Assembly: GCA_951406725.2 (NCBI GenBank)
Contig: OX597815.1
Coordinates: 127,782,001-127,846,000 of the forward strand
DNA: 64,000 nt
Reading direction: 5' to 3'
Source of the DNA: Octopus vulgaris
Lineage: Eukaryota
Shown: one piece after another, positions 61,722 through 64,000 of the stretch
Layout: the number at the start of each line of letters is the position of its first letter
Numbering within the stretch: position 1 is the stretch's first letter
Made by a program: the position numbers and the translations under genes
Notes under the pieces: generated by a model
Told to the model about the DNA's origin: nothing
Database searches by the model: none
The model's input: the letters and a program-made list of their open reading frames with translations, nothing else

Positions 61722-62935
61722 GTACTTGTGAAGTCTGAATGTTCAAATTTGAATCAATGAAGAGGATGATAAAGAGAATGTGAAATGATTCATAAGGAAT
61801 CTGAAGCATGTATAGAATCTATGGATAAAGTCTTACGTCCGTTTCAAAAAGAAATAGGTTGCTATGGGTGAGCTAACTCCAAACATAGCAATACTATATT
61901 TCTCTCATCAGATTTAATAGACTCACAAGGTTAAAACTTTAAAAGAAGGTGGGTTAAATGATTTATTAAAAATCAAATGTTTGATCAGACCATTCACTTC
62001 AGGCATATGATGTTAAAAGGCTAAAATGTATTACAACACTATATATAATATCAAGTATATTACGATACTATATATGATATAAAGTTTTAGAGGAGTCCAT
62101 AATATGAGGTAAGGCTAAATAAGAATCCTATAGTTTGATTATTTTTTTAAAATTTAAATGGTGAAATATATTTGTGTCTACAGGTAATTATAACATCAGA
62201 TATCTTATTAGGTAAACTACTTTAATTGACTTGGATTATGTGGATCACCTCCTTCGTGCATAAATCGCAATTCTTTGTGTGTGCATTATATGGTGTGGCT
62301 TCCCTTATTATAGACCAAGTCAGACTGAATTCTTTGTTGATCATTTTTAATCTATTGATGTAGGTTGCTAGTGTAGTCGAGGTTTTTGTTTTGTAGTTAG
62401 TGAAAAAGCTTATATGCACCGTATATCTACTTTTAAAGTCAATTATACTACCTATGTAAATCTTTTTAGGTTCATTTAGGGTTGAGACTTTGACTTTATA
62501 TACGGTATTTTTCCTTAAACAGAAGCCTTTAAGGGGACAAAATCCCCTATTATGACAATTACATGTTTTTATTTTGTTTCCGGGTTAAGTCTTGCTATCT
62601 TTAATATCCAAGCCCTTATTATTGTTCTTCATGTTAGGATCAACTAGATTATCTCTAATGGTTTCATTATTTCTAAGTTTAAGTCTGTTATTGGCTGTGA
62701 TGATAGATCCAAGACTGGGAGTGGTAGAATAGGATAACTTAAGACACGATCTATTAAATATAGAATGGTATTTATGACCAGGTGGGAAGTTCCTATCAAT
62801 AATGCTAAAAAATAACTTAGGGAGGTTTCTTACCTGGAGGGAGAAGGTGGGGTGTAAACCGTACAATTTCCTGTTTCCTCCCAGAATAGTTCCTATTCTG
62901 CCCTGTATTGTTATTGCTATACTTGAAAAACCTAT
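61722..62935 (-). mobile_element. Penelope-like element 3' portion (GIY-YIG endonuclease + 3' terminal region)
   Basis: IFNRSCLKLSYS, CNC...CPLKGFC...VYKVKV...IYIG...FKSRYTVH and TWSII...CDLCTKE motifs. Confidence 0.85.
61826..61925 (-). ncRNA. Candidate type-I hammerhead ribozyme in the Penelope 3' terminal region
   Basis: Minus strand: CTGATGA (61911-61905), extended stem II GAGAAATA..TTGCTATG..CATAGCAA..TATTTCTT, GAAAC (61845-61841), short stem III ACG/CGT and a GUA triplet. Stem I is weak. Confidence 0.55.
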
Positions 62936-62944
62936 AGTGTCTTA

Positions 62945-63128
62945 CGGTGGCACGTAAAAGCACCCACTACACTCACGGAGTGGTTTGTGTTAGGAAGGGC
63001 ATCCAGCTGTAGAAACACTGCCAGATCAGACTGGAGCCTGGTGCAGCCTCCTGGCTTCCCAGGCCTCAGTCGAACCGTCCAACCCATGCTAGCATGGAAA
63101 ACGGACGTTAAACGATGATGATGATGAT
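62945..63128 (+). mobile_element. RTE 3' tail copy
   Basis: Homology to the other tails; (GAT)n end. Confidence 0.85.
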
Positions 63129-63141
63129 ATATATATTCTTC

Positions 63142-63242
<101 letters not shown>

Positions 63243-63259
63243 ATATACATATGTATATA

Positions 63260-63961
63260 TGAGGGAACCTGTGGTAGAGGTAGACCTAGGAAGACATGGG
63301 ATGAGGTGGTGAAGCAAAATCTTCAAACTTTGAACCTCACAGAGGCAATGACTAGTGACCGAGACCTTTGGCAATGTGCTCAGTTCAAAAGGACCCATCA
63401 AGCTAAGTACACCCATGCTGGTGGCATGTAAAATAAAAATCAACCTTTGAACATTGGGCCTCATGGCGGCAAAGTGGCTGAGTATCTTTCAACTGTTAGG
63501 CCTGACAGTGACAAATTGTCTGAGTTCCTTTGGAGTATTAGGCCTCACAGAGGTGAAGTGGTTGAGTGACTTATGAGCAGACCTCATGAAGGCAAGGTAG
63601 CTGAGTTCCTTTTGAGCATTGGGCCTCATGGAGGCAAAGTGGCTCAGCTCCTTTCAAGCGTTGGGCCTCACAGAGGCAATGACCAAGACCTTTGGCCTCA
63701 TGTTGTGTTTGAGAAGATGACCCATCAAGCCGAGCAAAATCTCAGTTGTGACAAATACCAGTGTCCTGCAAAAGTCACCAATGCCGATGGCATGTAAAAG
63801 CATCTATTTCAAAATGGTTGATGTTAGGAAGGGCATCCAGTAGTAGAAAACCATACCAAATCAGAATGGAGTCTGGCACAGGATCCCAGAATGCCAGCCC
63901 AGTCAAACCATCCAACATAGGCCAGCATGGACAATGGACGTTAAATGATGATGATGATGAT
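63260..63961 (+). mobile_element. RTE LINE 3' end with a different internal tandem array (ttgggcctcatggaggc-type units)
   Basis: [18 protein letters not shown]; about six degenerate ~40-nt units at 63450-63700; (GAT)n end. Confidence 0.8.
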
Positions 63962-64000
63962 GAGTTGTCATGCCAATTCCAAACTATATGATGATGATGA

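Overview
AT-rich, repeat-saturated animal genomic DNA. The SINE/LINE families and TTAGGG tracts are most consistent with an octopus (inference from recalled repeat families). The only host gene I can support is a minus-strand, intron-rich cadherin-superfamily gene that the ORF track largely misses. Seven small exons with GT-AG boundaries and compatible phases (34890-34960, 28149-28202, 22644-22816, 20193-20225, 15718-15816, 11833-11919, and a 12-nt candidate micro-exon at 10316-10327) splice to a signal peptide, EC1 and the start of EC2: MMYKMLSILFVNLLLMLSTVEA-ATSNLPQKIKVKENQKNG-TVVATVEV...IDRENVP-NGYVEFTPEFT-DGSVGNICYLIILDENDNGPVFGSQRYKATIPE-NITVNTKIPNLQITATDIDENPSLKYSLI-PAGQ. The gene probably continues beyond position 1. 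The rest is nested mobile DNA: many RTE-clade LINE copies whose RT carries an inserted PHD-type finger and whose 3' tail holds a variable array of structured ~62-65 nt modules; R4/Dong-like and Tx1-like LINE fragments; a CR1-group LINE with an ~880-aa uninterrupted ORF that shares its 3' end with a tRNA-SINE; Penelope-like elements with hammerhead-like motifs; mariner, maT-like, pogo and Chapaev3 DNA transposons; MITEs, long palindromes and microsatellites. Boundaries of degenerate elements are approximate, and family names come from motif recognition, not database searches.
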